64,000 nt of DNA from positions 1,440,001 to 1,504,000 of the forward strand of contig OY969695.1 in NCBI GenBank assembly GCA_963701965.1. Direction: 5' to 3'. A model generated the notes under the pieces. It saw nothing but the letters and a program-made list of their open reading frames with translations. It did not search any database and had not been told where the DNA came from. This stretch comes from an uncultured Gemmatimonadales bacterium. Its GTDB lineage: Bacteria; Gemmatimonadota; Gemmatimonadetes; Gemmatimonadales; Gemmatimonadaceae. Both the position numbers and the translations under genes were made by a program. Shown here piece by piece: positions 27,220 through 38,615 of this stretch (position 1 is its first letter; each line of letters starts with the position of its first letter).

Positions 27220-28445
27220 CTACGTCCGGTGCGCCGCCTCGCCGAGGGCGATGAGATCGGGCCCATTGCCGTCGACCGTCGCCCCGCCCACGCCGCCTTC
27301 GGCGGCGGGCACGCGCAGGACGAGCGGCCGGTCCCGGCGGGGCCGGCGAAAGCCACGGCCCTCGTAAATGCGGGCGACGAGCAGCCGGTGTACGAGCACC
27401 ATGATGGCCACGAGCAAGGGCACCGACACCAGGAGCCCGATGGGCCCCAGCAACGTCCCGAAGATGAGCACCGCCATCATCGTGAGGACCGGCGGCAGAT
27501 CCACGCGCTTCGACATGAGATTCGGCGACACCACGTTCCCTTCAATGACGTGGATCAGGACGCCGAGCCCGATGACCAGCGCCGCCTTGGAGAGGCCATT
27601 GGGGCCGCCAATGACGAACAACGCCGGCACCGTCGTCGACAGCAGCACGCCGTAGACCGGAATGATCGCGGCGGCCGCGGCCAACACGCCGAACGTCAGC
27701 CAGTAGGGCACGTGGATGGCCCACAGCCCGATCGCCGTGAGCGCGCCCAGGATCAGCATCGTCCACAGCTGGGCAACAATGTAGTCGCGCAATCGGAGCG
27801 CCATCTCGATCAGGACATCGCGCACCAGGTCCCGGTGGCCGGGCGGGAAGAGCGCGATCACCCACTCGCGATACACCGCCGGATCGAGCGCCAGGTCAAT
27901 GCCCATCACGATGACCGTGAAGACCGCCGTGATCGTCGCCAGGGCCGAGAAGACGCGCGGCAGGACCTCGTTGACGAGACCGGACAGTTGCGACGACAGT
28001 CCGCCCAACAACTCCGTCTGCGTCGTCGCGATCTGCTTGGCCAGCCCGGGATAGTTGGTCGCCAGCCGCTGGATCGCTCCCGAGAGAGACGACACGGACT
28101 GGGGGACGAGGTTGATGAGTTGCTGCGTCTGCTGGGCGACGGGCGGCACGAGGAGCGCCACCAGGCCGAACCCGGCGCCCAGCGTGATGACGACACCGAG
28201 CCAGAAGGCAATCGGCCGGGGGAGTCGCGTACGGCGAACGAGGAAGTCGGCGACGGCGCCCAGATAGAGGGCGAGCAACGACGCCAGGAAGAGCAGGAGA
28301 AAATGTCCGCGGCCTTGAGGACCGTGTACAGCAGGAGGCCGGTGAGGACGACCGCCGTGAGGAGCGGCGCGATGCGGACCGGCGCGCGCGAGGCCGGCCG
28401 TTCCTGCCGCGGCGACGTCACCGCCGTGACCTCGCGCCGGGCCAC
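27220..28445 (-). CDS. AI-2E (PerM) family permease (apparent frameshift at 28300-28303)
   Basis: N-terminal TM in ORF 27906-28445, remainder in 27220-28278 (IPVYG, IEGNVVSP, GPIGLLVSVP). Start uncertain. Confidence 0.88.
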
Positions 28446-28449
28446 GCTG

Positions 28450-29238
28450 CTAGGCCGACTTCTTGTCGTCCGGCAGGTGCTCGACTTCCGCCGAGTGGAC
28501 GATCTCCTCGTCCTGCCCGGCGTTCAACTGGCGAGCCGCCGGAGCATTCCCGCCTCCGAGCATGCCCATCTTTTGCTTGAGCGCCAGGAGCTGGGTGTCG
28601 GCGTTGGCCGTCGTGGCCGATTGCTCGAGCTGCTTGAAATCCTTGGCCAGCCGATCGCCCGTGAACTCCTCGTCGATCTCGGCGGACGCCTTGATCTGGC
28701 GCTCGCTCTGCTCAATGCGCTCTTCCATCCGGGCGAATGCCTCGAACGCGGACTTCTCGGACAGCGCCGACATCGTCTCGGCAATGCGCTTCTGCGCTTG
28801 CGCCCGCCGCTGCCGCGCGATGAGGAGATTCTTCTTGCGCTTGGCCTCCTCGATCTTGTCGTTGAGGTCGCGCAAGGAATTCTTGAGCTTCTCCGTCTCC
28901 AGCCGGTGGGTTTCCCACGTCTGCTGGAGCACCTGCCCGTGCTGCACGTGCTCGGACTGCCGCACGAGCGCCTGCTTCGCGAGGTCGTCCCGCCCTTCGC
29001 GCACGGCGAGCACGGCCCGCTTTTCCCAGTCCTCGGACTGGCGAAACTCGACTTCCGCCTGATCGCGGAGTCGCTTCTCGTCGGCGATCGCCGTCGCCAC
29101 CTGCTGCTTCGCCTTCACGAGCTGCGTCTTCATGTCGACAATGATCTGATTCAACATCTTCTCGGGGTGCTCCGCCGAGGAGATCAGATCGTTGATGTTC
29201 GACTTGAGGAGCGTCGAGAGGCGATCGAAGATGCCCAT
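28450..29238 (-). CDS. pspA: PspA/IM30 family protein
   Basis: MGIFDRLSTLLKSNINDLISSAEHPEKML, GRDDLAKQAL, coiled coil. Confidence 0.95.
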   Translation of the reverse strand: MGIFDRLSTLLKSNINDLISSAEHPEKMLNQIIVDMKTQLVKAKQQVATAIADEKRLRDQAEVEFRQSEDWEKRAVLAVREGRDDLAKQALVRQSEHVQHGQVLQQTWETHRLETEKLKNSLRDLNDKIEEAKRKKNLLIARQRRAQAQKRIAETMSALSEKSAFEAFARMEERIEQSERQIKASAEIDEEFTGDRLAKDFKQLEQSATTANADTQLLALKQKMGMLGGGNAPAARQLNAGQDEEIVHSAEVEHLPDDKKSA

Positions 29239-29253
29239 AGAGATCCGTCCCGG

Positions 29254-29659
29254 TCAGCGCCCGTCGCGGAAGGCGCCGAGTTCCCGCAAGTGAGAGCCAA
29301 GCGCCAGCGTCATCCCCTCGTAGGCCGCGAGGAATTCCTCGTAGTCGAGAATGCGCCAGCTCCAAAGCCTCGGTAATGACAATGGAGTCCCGTTCAATCC
29401 CATACGAGCCGTGGACGAGATCGGTTGCATTCAGTTGAAGGAGTCGGCGCGCCAAACTGGCGGACGCTGCCGCATCCTGCGGCACGTTCATGACCTTGAC
29501 CCGCAAGACCACCACGGGCGGCGAGTAGTGGACCACGACGTCCAAGTCCAAGGCGCCGTTGGGTTTAACGATCCACAACCCCGGCTCGACCTCGCTGTGG
29601 CTCGTGCCTTCGGCCGCCAGGCGGTCGAGGAAGCTCTCAATGTCTTCGCGGGTGACCAT
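29254..29659 (-). CDS. CesT/YbjN-like chaperone-fold protein (apparent extra base at 29350-29351)
   Basis: RRLLQLNATDLVHGSYGI. Removing one base restores ...LELAHLDYEEFLAAYEGMTLAL...GR, ending 15 nt before pspA. Confidence 0.8.
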
Positions 29660-29743
29660 GTTAGCAACGATAATAGTGTTCTCGACGTGCCAAGCATAGA
29701 CGCTACGGTCACACTACGGGCAACGTCGCCCCCAGGTTTTACT

Positions 29744-32542
29744 TCACCCGGCCTTTCGCCGGGTACGCCGCCCGAGCAAGGTGCGTAGGTACTGCCCCGT
29801 GTACGAGGCCTCCACCGCCGCCACGTCCTCGGGAGTCCCGGCCGCCACGACCGTCCCGCCACGGGCCCCGCCTTCGGGCCCCAAATCAATGATCCAGTCG
29901 GCGGTCTTGATCACGTCGAGGTTGTGCTCGATCACCAGCACCGTATTGCCCCGATCGACCAACCGGTGCAGCACGTCGAGCAGCAGCCGCACATCCTCGA
30001 AGTGCAATCCGGTCGTCGGTTCGTCGAGAATATAAAAGGTTCGCCCTGTGTCGCGCTTCGACAGCTCCGTGGCGAGCTTCACCCGCTGGGCTTCGCCACC
30101 CGACAGGGTCGTCGCGCTCTGCCCCAAATGGATGTATCCGAGCCCGACGTCGCGCAGGGTCTCCAGCTTCTGGCTGATGCGCGGCTGATTCGCGAAGAAC
30201 GTGCATCCGTCCTCGACGGTCATCTCCAGCACATCGGCAATGCTCGCGCCCCGAAACCGCACTTCCAGGGTCTCGCGGTTGAATCGCTTGCCCTTGCACA
30301 CATCGCAAGGCACGAAGACGTCGGGCAGGAAGTGCATCTCGATCTTCACGAGACCGTCGCCCTGACACGCCTCGCACCGCCCGCCTTTCACGTTGAACGA
30401 GAACCGTCCGGGTCCGTACCCGCGAATCTTCGCCTCCGGCATCTCGGCGAACAACTCGCGAATCGGCGTGAAGAGCCCGGTGTACGTCGCGGGATTCGAC
30501 CGGGGGGTCCGGCCAATCGGACTCTGGTCGATATCAATGACCTTGTCGAGATGCTCCAGTCCCGTGATGCGATCGTAGGCGCCTGGGATGACACGGGCCC
30601 GATAAAAGTGCCGCGCCATGGACCGGTGCAGGATGTCCTCGATCAACGTCGACTTCCCGGAACCCGACACGCCGGTCACGGCCACGAAGCACCCCAGGGG
30701 GATGTCGACCGAGATGTCGCGCAGATTGTGCTCCCGGGCTCCTTCGATCCGCAGGTGTCGGCCAGGCTCGGGCGACCGGCGCACCGGCGGGATCCGGATC
30801 GCCAACTCGCCCTTGAGATAGCGGCCCGTCAACGAATCCGGCGTCTCGAGGACATCCTCGATCGTGCCCTCGGCGACGACCAGCCCGCCGTGCTTGCCGG
30901 CCCCGGGGCCGAGATCGATGATGTAGTCGGCCGCGCGCATCGTCTCCTCGTCGTGCTCGACGACGATGACGGTGTTCCCCAGATCCCGGAGCCGCGCCAG
31001 CGTCGCCAGGAGCCGGGCGTTGTCGCGCTGATGGAGACCGATCGACGGCTCGTCGAGGATATACAACACGCCGACCAGGCGCGATCCGATCTGCGTCGCC
31101 AGGCGGATGCGCTGCGCCTCGCCGCCGGACAGGGATTCGGCGGACCGGTTGACGGTCAGGTAGTCGAGCCCGACGTCCACCAGGAACCGCAGGCGCTCGC
31201 GGACTTCCTTGAGAATCGGCCCCGCGATCTCCGACTGCTTGAGCGAGAGCGAGTCGAAAAACCGCTCCGCCTCGGCCACGGACAGCTCGGTGACGTCGCC
31301 AATGTTCCGGTCGGCGATCGTCACCGCCAGCGACTCGGGCTTGAGCCGCCGGCCGCCGCACGCCGAGCACGGCACCGAGACCATATACTGCGCCAACTCC
31401 AGACGCACCGCATCCGACTCCGTCTCGTCGTGCCGACGCTGGATGTTGGAGATGATGCCTTCCCACTTGGCCGCATCGCCGCCGGACACGCCGTGCAACA
31501 ACACGTCGCGGACCGAGGGCGGCAGCTGTCCCCACGGCACGTTGAGATCGAACTTGTACCGCTTGGCCAATCCGGGCAGGATCACTTTCCGGAGATACCC
31601 ATCGGGCTCGCCCCACGGCAGGATCACGCCTTCCAGCAACGAGATGCTGGGATCGCCGAGAATGAGCGCGTCGCTTACCTGGCGGCGCACGCCCAGACCA
31701 CTGCAGGCGGGGCACGCGCCAAACGGCGAATTGAACGAGAACTGCCGCGGCTCCAGCTCGCTCAAGGCGATGCCGCAGGTCGGACACCCATACCGCTCGG
31801 AGAACAGTTGGGGCTCGCCCGACCCCGCACGCGACACCTCGACCAGGCCGTCGGCCAATCGCAATGCGGTCTCCAGCGAGTCGACCAGCCGATTGCGATC
31901 CTCGGCGCGCACGGTCAGGCGATCGACGATCACCGAGAGACTATGGTTCTGCCGGCGGTTGAGCTTGGGCGGGTCGGACAACTCGATCAGGGACCCGTCG
32001 ACATAAGCCCGGACAAAGCCCTGCTTGCGCGCGGACTCGAACAACTCGCGGAACTCGCCTTTGCGGCCGCGGACGAGCGGGGCCAGAATCTCAATGCGCG
32101 ACCCGCCCGGCCAGCCGAGGACGACATCGGCGATCTGCCCCGCGCTCTGACGCTCGACCGGCCGGCCGCAGCTCGAGCAATGGGGCGTCCCGGCCCGCGC
32201 GTACAACAGTCGGAGATAGTCGTAGATCTCGGTGACGGTGCCGACCGTGGACCGTGGGTTGTGACCCGCCGTCTTCTGCTCGATCGCGATGGCCGGAGAC
32301 AGGCCGTCGATCGAATCGACGTCGGGTTTCTCCATGAGACCGAGGAACTGCCGGGCGTACGCGGACAGCGATTCGACATACCGTCGCTGCCCCTCGGCGT
32401 AGATGGTGTCGAACGCCAAGGAGGACTTGCCCGATCCGGAGAGCCCCGTGATGACGGTCAGCCGGTCGCGCGGGATCGTGACATCAATGTTGCGGAGGTT
32501 GTGCTCCCGCGCACCGCGGATGACCAAGGCCTCTTCTGGCAT
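29744..32542 (-). CDS. uvrA: Excinuclease ABC subunit A
   Basis: Two ABC modules ([24 protein letters not shown]) and Zn fingers. Confidence 0.99.
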   Translation of the reverse strand: MPEEALVIRGAREHNLRNIDVTIPRDRLTVITGLSGSGKSSLAFDTIYAEGQRRYVESLSAYARQFLGLMEKPDVDSIDGLSPAIAIEQKTAGHNPRSTVGTVTEIYDYLRLLYARAGTPHCSSCGRPVERQSAGQIADVVLGWPGGSRIEILAPLVRGRKGEFRELFESARKQGFVRAYVDGSLIELSDPPKLNRRQNHSLSVIVDRLTVRAEDRNRLVDSLETALRLADGLVEVSRAGSGEPQLFSERYGCPTCGIALSELEPRQFSFNSPFGACPACSGLGVRRQVSDALILGDPSISLLEGVILPWGEPDGYLRKVILPGLAKRYKFDLNVPWGQLPPSVRDVLLHGVSGGDAAKWEGIISNIQRRHDETESDAVRLELAQYMVSVPCSACGGRRLKPESLAVTIADRNIGDVTELSVAEAERFFDSLSLKQSEIAGPILKEVRERLRFLVDVGLDYLTVNRSAESLSGGEAQRIRLATQIGSRLVGVLYILDEPSIGLHQRDNARLLATLARLRDLGNTVIVVEHDEETMRAADYIIDLGPGAGKHGGLVVAEGTIEDVLETPDSLTGRYLKGELAIRIPPVRRSPEPGRHLRIEGAREHNLRDISVDIPLGCFVAVTGVSGSGKSTLIEDILHRSMARHFYRARVIPGAYDRITGLEHLDKVIDIDQSPIGRTPRSNPATYTGLFTPIRELFAEMPEAKIRGYGPGRFSFNVKGGRCEACQGDGLVKIEMHFLPDVFVPCDVCKGKRFNRETLEVRFRGASIADVLEMTVEDGCTFFANQPRISQKLETLRDVGLGYIHLGQSATTLSGGEAQRVKLATELSKRDTGRTFYILDEPTTGLHFEDVRLLLDVLHRLVDRGNTVLVIEHNLDVIKTADWIIDLGPEGGARGGTVVAAGTPEDVAAVEASYTGQYLRTLLGRRTRRKAG

Positions 32543-32638
32543 AGCTCTATAAGGTCGCCGGACTCAGGGGCACGATGCAAGCAAAAGTGTCCGGCGCGTA
32601 TATACATTCGTCATGTCAAAGTGGATCGGACGCGAGAC

Positions 32639-33022
32639 ATGACGGAATCAGACCCGGCCGAGCCCGTTGAAACAAGCGGCTCCGCGGAGACGACGGCGCG
32701 GCAAGCGGCCGTTGACGCCGACGCATTCACCGAGCGCGGCATGTCACTCTGCCGGAAGGCGCGGTGGCGCAATGCGATCGAGCCACTCAAACGGGCCAGC
32801 GAGCTCAATCCGTCGGATGGCCTCGCCTTCTATTATCTGGGCGACGCCTATAATCACACCGACCAACTCCCGGACGCGCTCTCGGCGTTCGAAACGGCGT
32901 CCCAGTTGTTGAGTGAGAACTGGCGCGCGCTCAAAGGCGTCGGCATCGTCCTCGATCGCATGCGGCGCCCGCAAGAGGCGGCCGCGGCATACCAGAAGGC
33001 GCGCGACGCGCAGCGTCGCTGA
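32639..33022 (+). CDS. Tetratricopeptide repeat protein
   Basis: About three TPR units (AFYYLGDAY, ALKGVGIVL). ATG at 32639. Confidence 0.8.
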   Translation: MTESDPAEPVETSGSAETTARQAAVDADAFTERGMSLCRKARWRNAIEPLKRASELNPSDGLAFYYLGDAYNHTDQLPDALSAFETASQLLSENWRALKGVGIVLDRMRRPQEAAAAYQKARDAQRR

Positions 33023-33024
33023 CC

Positions 33025-33870
33025 ATGGTGTCGTCACGGCGGGTCGCGGCGGGCGCCGCGATCCTCTGCTGGGTCGGCGGGCTCGCGCTCCTCGCGCACC
33101 GCCAAGGGGCGGCCGCCGACACCGCGCACCAACTGGCCAATGCGGCCGCCCGCATCACCCCGGCGACGATCTACTACACGGTCGAGCGCAGCGGGCATCA
33201 GGTGGGCTTCGCGTCGTCGACGATCGATACGACCGCGAACACCATCACGTTCACAGACTACCTGTTGATCGGCAGCGCCGGGCGCCGGCTCACCGTCACG
33301 AACGCCGTCACGCTGTCGCGCGGGTTGGTCCTGCGCCGGGTCGAGGTGGCCGTCGACACGGGTACCGGCTGGCGCCGGGCCTCCGCCGAGCTCACCGCGG
33401 ACTCAATGTTGCACGTGGTCCCTGCCGTCGGGCCATCGCGGAGCGAGCGCGTCACCCGGGCACCGCTGGTCCCCGGTGTCGTCCCTCTCCTGATGGCACT
33501 GGGCGCGGGGCCGAAGGCCGGCGCCAGAGGGCAATACCGCGTCCTCGATGCCACCGCGGGCCGCTGGTCCCCGGTGACCTTCGCTCTCGCCGCCGAGTCC
33601 CTGTTCGTGGTCTCCGACAGCGCCGTTCTGGATTCGACCGCGCACGCGTGGCGCGCCGCGACGACCGACACCGTGCGGGCCTGGAAGATGGTGCCCGACC
33701 GCGCCGTGCTGACGGGCGCCAGTGCACTCGTGGCCTGGATCGACGACCAAGGGCGGATCGTCGATGCGTCCGTCAATGTGACCGGCGCCGGGCCGCTCAC
33801 GATCCGGCGCGCGGCCTACGAGATCGCCTACCGGAACTGGACCGACCGCCGCATAGACACGCGACCATGA
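33025..33870 (+). CDS. Hypothetical membrane-anchored/secreted protein
   Basis: N-terminal hydrophobic segment and beta-rich body. Operonic with the TPR and ABC genes. Confidence 0.7.
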   Translation: MVSSRRVAAGAAILCWVGGLALLAHRQGAAADTAHQLANAAARITPATIYYTVERSGHQVGFASSTIDTTANTITFTDYLLIGSAGRRLTVTNAVTLSRGLVLRRVEVAVDTGTGWRRASAELTADSMLHVVPAVGPSRSERVTRAPLVPGVVPLLMALGAGPKAGARGQYRVLDATAGRWSPVTFALAAESLFVVSDSAVLDSTAHAWRAATTDTVRAWKMVPDRAVLTGASALVAWIDDQGRIVDASVNVTGAGPLTIRRAAYEIAYRNWTDRRIDTRP

Positions 33871-33880
33871 TTGCGCGACC

Positions 33881-34639
33881 ATGATCGAACTGGCCAGCCT
33901 CACGAAGCGCTACGGGGCGTTCACCGCCGTGGACCACGTCGATCTCACGGTGCCGCGCGGCGAGCTGTTCGGCTTTCTGGGACCGAACGGCGCGGGCAAG
34001 ACGACAACGCTGCGCTTGATCGCCGGCATCTTGCGGCCGACGGCCGGCACCGTGCGGATCGCCGGGCGCGACGTCACGCGCGACCCCGTCGCGGCCAAAT
34101 CGGTTCTCGGATTCATTCCCGACCGGCCCTTCATCTACGAGAAACTCACGGGCGCCGAGTTTCTCCGTTTCGTCGCCGGGCTTTTCGGACAGTCGGGCGC
34201 CGACGTAGAGCGTCGCGCGCGCGAGCTGTTGGCGCTGTTCGATCTGGAGGACTGGCGGGACGAGCTGGTGGAAAGCTACAGCCACGGCATGCGGCAGAAG
34301 CTCATCATCTCGAGCGCCTTCGTGCACCGGCCCGAGGTCATCGTCGTCGACGAGCCAATGGTGGGTCTCGATCCCCGGGCCGCGAAAACCCTCAAGCAGC
34401 TCTTTCGCGAGTACACCAATCGCGGACGCACGATCCTGATGTCCACGCACGCCCTGGAAGTGGCCGAGACGCTGTGCGATCGCATCGCCATTATGAACGG
34501 CGGAAAGATCCGGGCGTGCGGCACGATGGATGAGCTGCGCGCCGACGCGGTCGCGGGCGCGGCCGGGCTCGAGGATGTTTTTCTGCGCCTGACCGGCGAC
34601 GAGGCCGTTCGCGAGCTGCTCGGTGTCCTCGACACCTAA
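33881..34639 (+). CDS. ABC transporter ATP-binding protein
   Basis: GPNGAGKT, YSHGMRQK, VVDEP, STH. Confidence 0.95.
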   Translation: MIELASLTKRYGAFTAVDHVDLTVPRGELFGFLGPNGAGKTTTLRLIAGILRPTAGTVRIAGRDVTRDPVAAKSVLGFIPDRPFIYEKLTGAEFLRFVAGLFGQSGADVERRARELLALFDLEDWRDELVESYSHGMRQKLIISSAFVHRPEVIVVDEPMVGLDPRAAKTLKQLFREYTNRGRTILMSTHALEVAETLCDRIAIMNGGKIRACGTMDELRADAVAGAAGLEDVFLRLTGDEAVRELLGVLDT

Positions 34640-36350
34640 CCCGCCGTCAGCGCTGGGCCAAGGGGCCCGGCTGCTGGCTCCCAAGTGGCTCACTCTCCGC
34701 GCGCGGGCCCGCGCCGGAGGCGCGCGCAGTGCGCGGCTGCTCGCGCTTGGTGGGCTGGGCGCGGCGTTTTGGGCGGGGATCTACGCGGTACTCTATCGGT
34801 TGCTGGCGTACTTCAAGAACGTGCCCGACATCGGCCCGCTCCTCGCGGGCAAGTTGCTCGGCACGTTACTGGTCGGATTCTTTTCGATCCTGCTCCTCTC
34901 GAACGTCGTGACGGCGCTGTCGACGTTCTTCCTGGCGCGGGACCTGGATCTGCTCGTCGGCGCACCCGTCGACTGGCTCGCCCTCTACACGGCGAAGCTG
35001 ACCGAGACCGTGATCAACTCCAGCTGGATGGTCGCGCTCATGGCGGCGCCCATCCTGACGGCGTACGGCGTGGTGTTTCGGGGCGGCCCCTGGTTTCCGC
35101 TCGTGGCGTTGGCGGCATTCGTTCCGTACTTGTTGCTGCCGGCGGCGATCGGGAGCGCCGTGACGCTGCTCCTGGTCAACGTCTTTCCGGCGCGCCGCAC
35201 GCGCGACATTCTGAGTGTGATCGCCGTCCTGGCCGCGGGCGGCGTGGCCGTGCTGTTCCGCGTGATGCGCCCGGAGCGCCTGGCCCGACCCGAAGGCTTT
35301 CGCTCCCTGGTCGAGTTCGTGTCGGTGCTACGAACGCCGACGTCCCCGTGGCTCCCCAGTGACTGGGTGCAGAACGCGCTCATGTCGTGGCTCACGGGAG
35401 CGCCGGACGCGCTGCCCTACTATCTCCTGTGGTCGACTGCCGCCGCGCTGTTCGTGCTGGGCGCCGGGCTGCACTGGTGGCTCTATCCCGCGGGCTTCAG
35501 CAAGGCCCAGGAGTCGAGCCGGCAGTTCGCCCGGAGCGACCTCGTGTCCCGCTTCGCGCGGCGCATCCTGGCCCCCGTCGGCGTGCGCCGCCGGGAGCTG
35601 ATCCTCAAGGAGCTCCGGGTCTTCTTCCGCGACAGCACGCAGTGGTCCCAGCTGATTCTGCTGGCGGTGCTCATCGTCGTCTATGTGTTCAACGTGAAGT
35701 TCTTGCCGCTCAATGACGATGGGGTCGGAGCGTTCCTGCGAAACGTCGTGCCGTTCTGCAACCTGCTGATCGCGGGATTCGTGCTGGCGTCGATCGCCGC
35801 GCGTTTCGTTTTTCCCGGTGTGAGCCTCGAAGGCCGAACGTTCTGGCTCCTCCGGGCAAGCCCGCTCCAGATGCGGGATCTGCTGTGGGCCAAGTTCTGG
35901 GTCGGCACGTTGCCGCTGCTGGTTCTGGCGCTCATCATCGTCGCCGTGACCGACGCGCTGCTGCAGGTCAACGGGTTCGTGTTCGCGGTGTCGGTGTTCA
36001 CGATCACCTTTCTGACGTTCGCCATCGCGGCGCTCGCGCTGTGCTTCGGGACGGTCTTTCCGCAGTTCGAGACGGAGAATGCGGCCCAGATCCCGACGTC
36101 GTTCGGGGGACTGGTGTTCATGATGGCGTCCGTGCTCGTCATCGGCGCCGTCGTCGTCCTCGAAGCGCGACCCGTCTACAACTATCTGAGCGCGCAAGCC
36201 GCCGGCACCCTCGGCTTTGTGGGGGACGACACGCGCGACGTGCGCGATCTCGTCATCGGATTCGGCCTCGCCGGCGCGCTCTGCGTCACGGCGACCCTGG
36301 TGCCGATCCGCGTCGCGCTCCGCCGGTTGGAGACTATCGAGCGGAGCTAG
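34623..36350 (+). CDS. Putative ABC exporter permease
   Basis: 575 aa with many TM helices, KELRVFFRD and SLEGRTFWLLRASP motifs. Confidence 0.88.
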   Translation: MSSTPNPPSALGQGARLLAPKWLTLRARARAGGARSARLLALGGLGAAFWAGIYAVLYRLLAYFKNVPDIGPLLAGKLLGTLLVGFFSILLLSNVVTALSTFFLARDLDLLVGAPVDWLALYTAKLTETVINSSWMVALMAAPILTAYGVVFRGGPWFPLVALAAFVPYLLLPAAIGSAVTLLLVNVFPARRTRDILSVIAVLAAGGVAVLFRVMRPERLARPEGFRSLVEFVSVLRTPTSPWLPSDWVQNALMSWLTGAPDALPYYLLWSTAAALFVLGAGLHWWLYPAGFSKAQESSRQFARSDLVSRFARRILAPVGVRRRELILKELRVFFRDSTQWSQLILLAVLIVVYVFNVKFLPLNDDGVGAFLRNVVPFCNLLIAGFVLASIAARFVFPGVSLEGRTFWLLRASPLQMRDLLWAKFWVGTLPLLVLALIIVAVTDALLQVNGFVFAVSVFTITFLTFAIAALALCFGTVFPQFETENAAQIPTSFGGLVFMMASVLVIGAVVVLEARPVYNYLSAQAAGTLGFVGDDTRDVRDLVIGFGLAGALCVTATLVPIRVALRRLETIERS

Positions 36351-36735
36351 CCGGCGCGTACGTACCAAACGACCACACGTGGCCCTCAATGTCCCGGCAC
36401 GAGTATTCGCGCGAGCCATAGTCCTGGTCCGTGAGACCTCGCACGATCTCGGCGCCCGCGGCTTTGGCGCGCGCGAAGTGCGCGTCGGGATCCTCGACCA
36501 CGACGTAGATCGCCTGGGTGGAGGCGCCCAGCTGGCGCGGGCTCTTGATTTTCATATCGTCGTCGCGCGCCGTGCCGAGCATGATCATACCATCGCCGAG
36601 GCGGAGCTCGGCATGGGCCACGGTGCCGTCAGGATTGTCGTAGACGGCGTGGCGCTCGAACCCGAAGGCCCTCGACAGCCAATCGATCGCCCCAGCGGCG
36701 TCGCTGTACCGGAGAGCAGGAAAAATGTTGGTCAT
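36334..36735 (-). CDS. VOC/glyoxalase/bleomycin-resistance family protein
   Basis: AIDWLSRAFGF, DQDYGSREYSCRDIEGHVWSFGTY. Confidence 0.92.
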   Translation of the reverse strand: MTNIFPALRYSDAAGAIDWLSRAFGFERHAVYDNPDGTVAHAELRLGDGMIMLGTARDDDMKIKSPRQLGASTQAIYVVVEDPDAHFARAKAAGAEIVRGLTDQDYGSREYSCRDIEGHVWSFGTYAPASSAR

Positions 36736-36745
36736 GCCGTGCATC

Positions 36746-37559
36746 CTAGCGGGTGGCCGGCGACAAGTCTTGGACGAATGTTACCGGCGTCACGCCGGCG
36801 AGCTCGTGGAAGTCGCGGATCAGATGGGCTTGGTCGTAGTAGCCGCAGGCCAAGGCCAAATCCGTCCAGTCAATGGCGTTCCCTGCCCGGAGCGCGCGCA
36901 CCGCACGATCGAACCGCAGGACGCGGGCGCACATCTTGGGCGTGAGCCCGATGTATTCCCGGAACTGGACGGCGAGAATGCTTGCGGCTCCAACCCACAT
37001 CGCGCGACAGAACGCCGATCGTCGCTCGCCCATCGGTCTCGCGGAGCGCGCGCCACACGCGCGCGACGGCGATGGGAATGTCCGGTGCGCGGGTGAGCCG
37101 ACGCATGAACACGTGGTCCAGTATGGCAAAACGGGTCGACCAGTCGGGCGCGTCATAGAGACGCTCCGTCAACTCGACGGCTTCGGCGCCAAGGATGTCG
37201 TCCAACGCCACCGCGCGATCGGTCAGCTCGCGCATAGGGAGCCCCAGGATCCGACAGGCGCCGGCGGGCGTGAGATCGATCTGGATGCAATAGAAGGCGC
37301 CGGTGGTTGCCGCGGTCGCATACCGCGAATGCATCCCCGCGACGAAACCGCGCGGGAAGGCGACGGGGACGTGGCGGCCCTCCGGCGTGCCAATCACGAA
37401 CGGTGCGCCGAAGTTCACGATCAAGGGCACGATCGTGGTTGGCACTTCGCGCGCGCTCCACGGGACCGACGCCGCGCGGCGACTCCCCTGGTACTCGACA
37501 ACGTAGGGACGCAATGGGACCGCGGGACGGCGACGAATTTGCTCCCACGCGGCGGACAT
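36746..37559 (-). CDS. AraC family transcriptional regulator (apparent extra base at 36977-36978)
   Basis: Removing one base restores GWSRKHLAVQFREYIGLTPK...GYYDQAHLIRDF. Adjacent to the VOC gene. Confidence 0.88.
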
Positions 37560-38020
37560 CAGGCCGCCAGCGCCGCTCCGCAACCCGCGCAATAGCGCGC
37601 CGCCGGCTCGGTGACCGGTGCGCCGCACTCGGCGCAGGCGCCAGCCAGGTGCCGGCCGCATTCACTGCAGTATGCGGCATCGCGCTCCGGGCGGGCGCCG
37701 TGGAGCGGACAGCTCGGGCGACTCAGGCGATACGCCAAGATCGCCATTTCCGCCGCGTCCGGCGCGGCCGAGGGGCGGGCGCGCAGTTCGACGAGCGCGC
37801 GCTCGGTGTAGCCGAGTTTGAGCGACGCGTAGTCGGCGTCCGAGAGCTTTCCGGTCTGACGGTCGAATTCGATCTCGCGGAGCGCGTCGATCGCGCTGCT
37901 CTCCGGCGGCGCCTGCGGCGCCAGCCGCCGCGCGCGCGCCGGGGGCGCGACGAGGATCGGGTACAGCACGAATGCTAGTCCCAAGACCGCCAGCACCATG
38001 CCGATCAGGAGCGCCGACAC
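37559..38020 (-). CDS. CcmI-N-like membrane protein with C-terminal zinc ribbons
   Basis: TM helix, LREIEFDRQTGKLSDADY, several CxxC. Follows ccmH. Confidence 0.75.
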   Translation of the reverse strand: MSALLIGMVLAVLGLAFVLYPILVAPPARARRLAPQAPPESSAIDALREIEFDRQTGKLSDADYASLKLGYTERALVELRARPSAAPDAAEMAILAYRLSRPSCPLHGARPERDAAYCSECGRHLAGACAECGAPVTEPAARYCAGCGAALAA

Positions 38021-38021
38021 C

Positions 38022-38615
38022 TCAGTCGTCCCGGCGCACGGCGTCTTGGAGCCGGCGCAACTCGTCGTCGGTGGCGTCAACGCGCGTGGGCGCCGGCGCC
38101 GCAGGCGTCGGGCGCGAGCGCCAACGGGTGATCAATACGGCGACGCCGATGGCGCCGGCGGCGAGGACCAGGGACGGGGTGAGATAGCCGGCCCAGTTGA
38201 AGCCCACACGCGGCGGTGACATCAGGACCTTGTCGCCGTAGGCATCGCGAAACGCGGCGACGATTTCGTCGGCCGAGTAGCCGCCGGCGACGAGGGCCAT
38301 GACGTCGTGGTGCATGGCGGGCGACACCGGACAGGTGAAGTCGGTCGTGCGACAGGTGTACACGTCGAGCGTACAGCCGCACTGACAGTGCAGGCGGTGC
38401 TCGAGGGCGTCGCGCGCGTCGGCGGTCATCGACGACGACGCTCCCGCCTTCGGCGGTCGCGTCACCGCGTGATAGGCCTCCTCGTCCATCGGGCCCGACA
38501 TCGTGCGGCGGGCTTCCTGCGCCGCGAGTGGCGTTGCCAACGCGAGCGGCGTTGACAGGACCAGTGGCGTTGCCAAGCTGCTCGAGAGCGTGACAAAAAA
38601 AGCGCGACGGTCCAT
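38022..38615 (-). CDS. ccmH: Cytochrome c biogenesis protein CcmH
   Basis: LHCQCGC, IVAAFRDAYGDKVLMSPP, C-terminal TM. Confidence 0.85.
   Translation of the reverse strand: MDRRAFFVTLSSSLATPLVLSTPLALATPLAAQEARRTMSGPMDEEAYHAVTRPPKAGASSSMTADARDALEHRLHCQCGCTLDVYTCRTTDFTCPVSPAMHHDVMALVAGGYSADEIVAAFRDAYGDKVLMSPPRVGFNWAGYLTPSLVLAAGAIGVAVLITRWRSRPTPAAPAPTRVDATDDELRRLQDAVRRDD

Noticed and set aside
29675..29700. sigma54 promoter for the pspA operon (TTGGCACG on the minus strand)
   Set aside because: The -12 TTGC element is missing at the required spacing.
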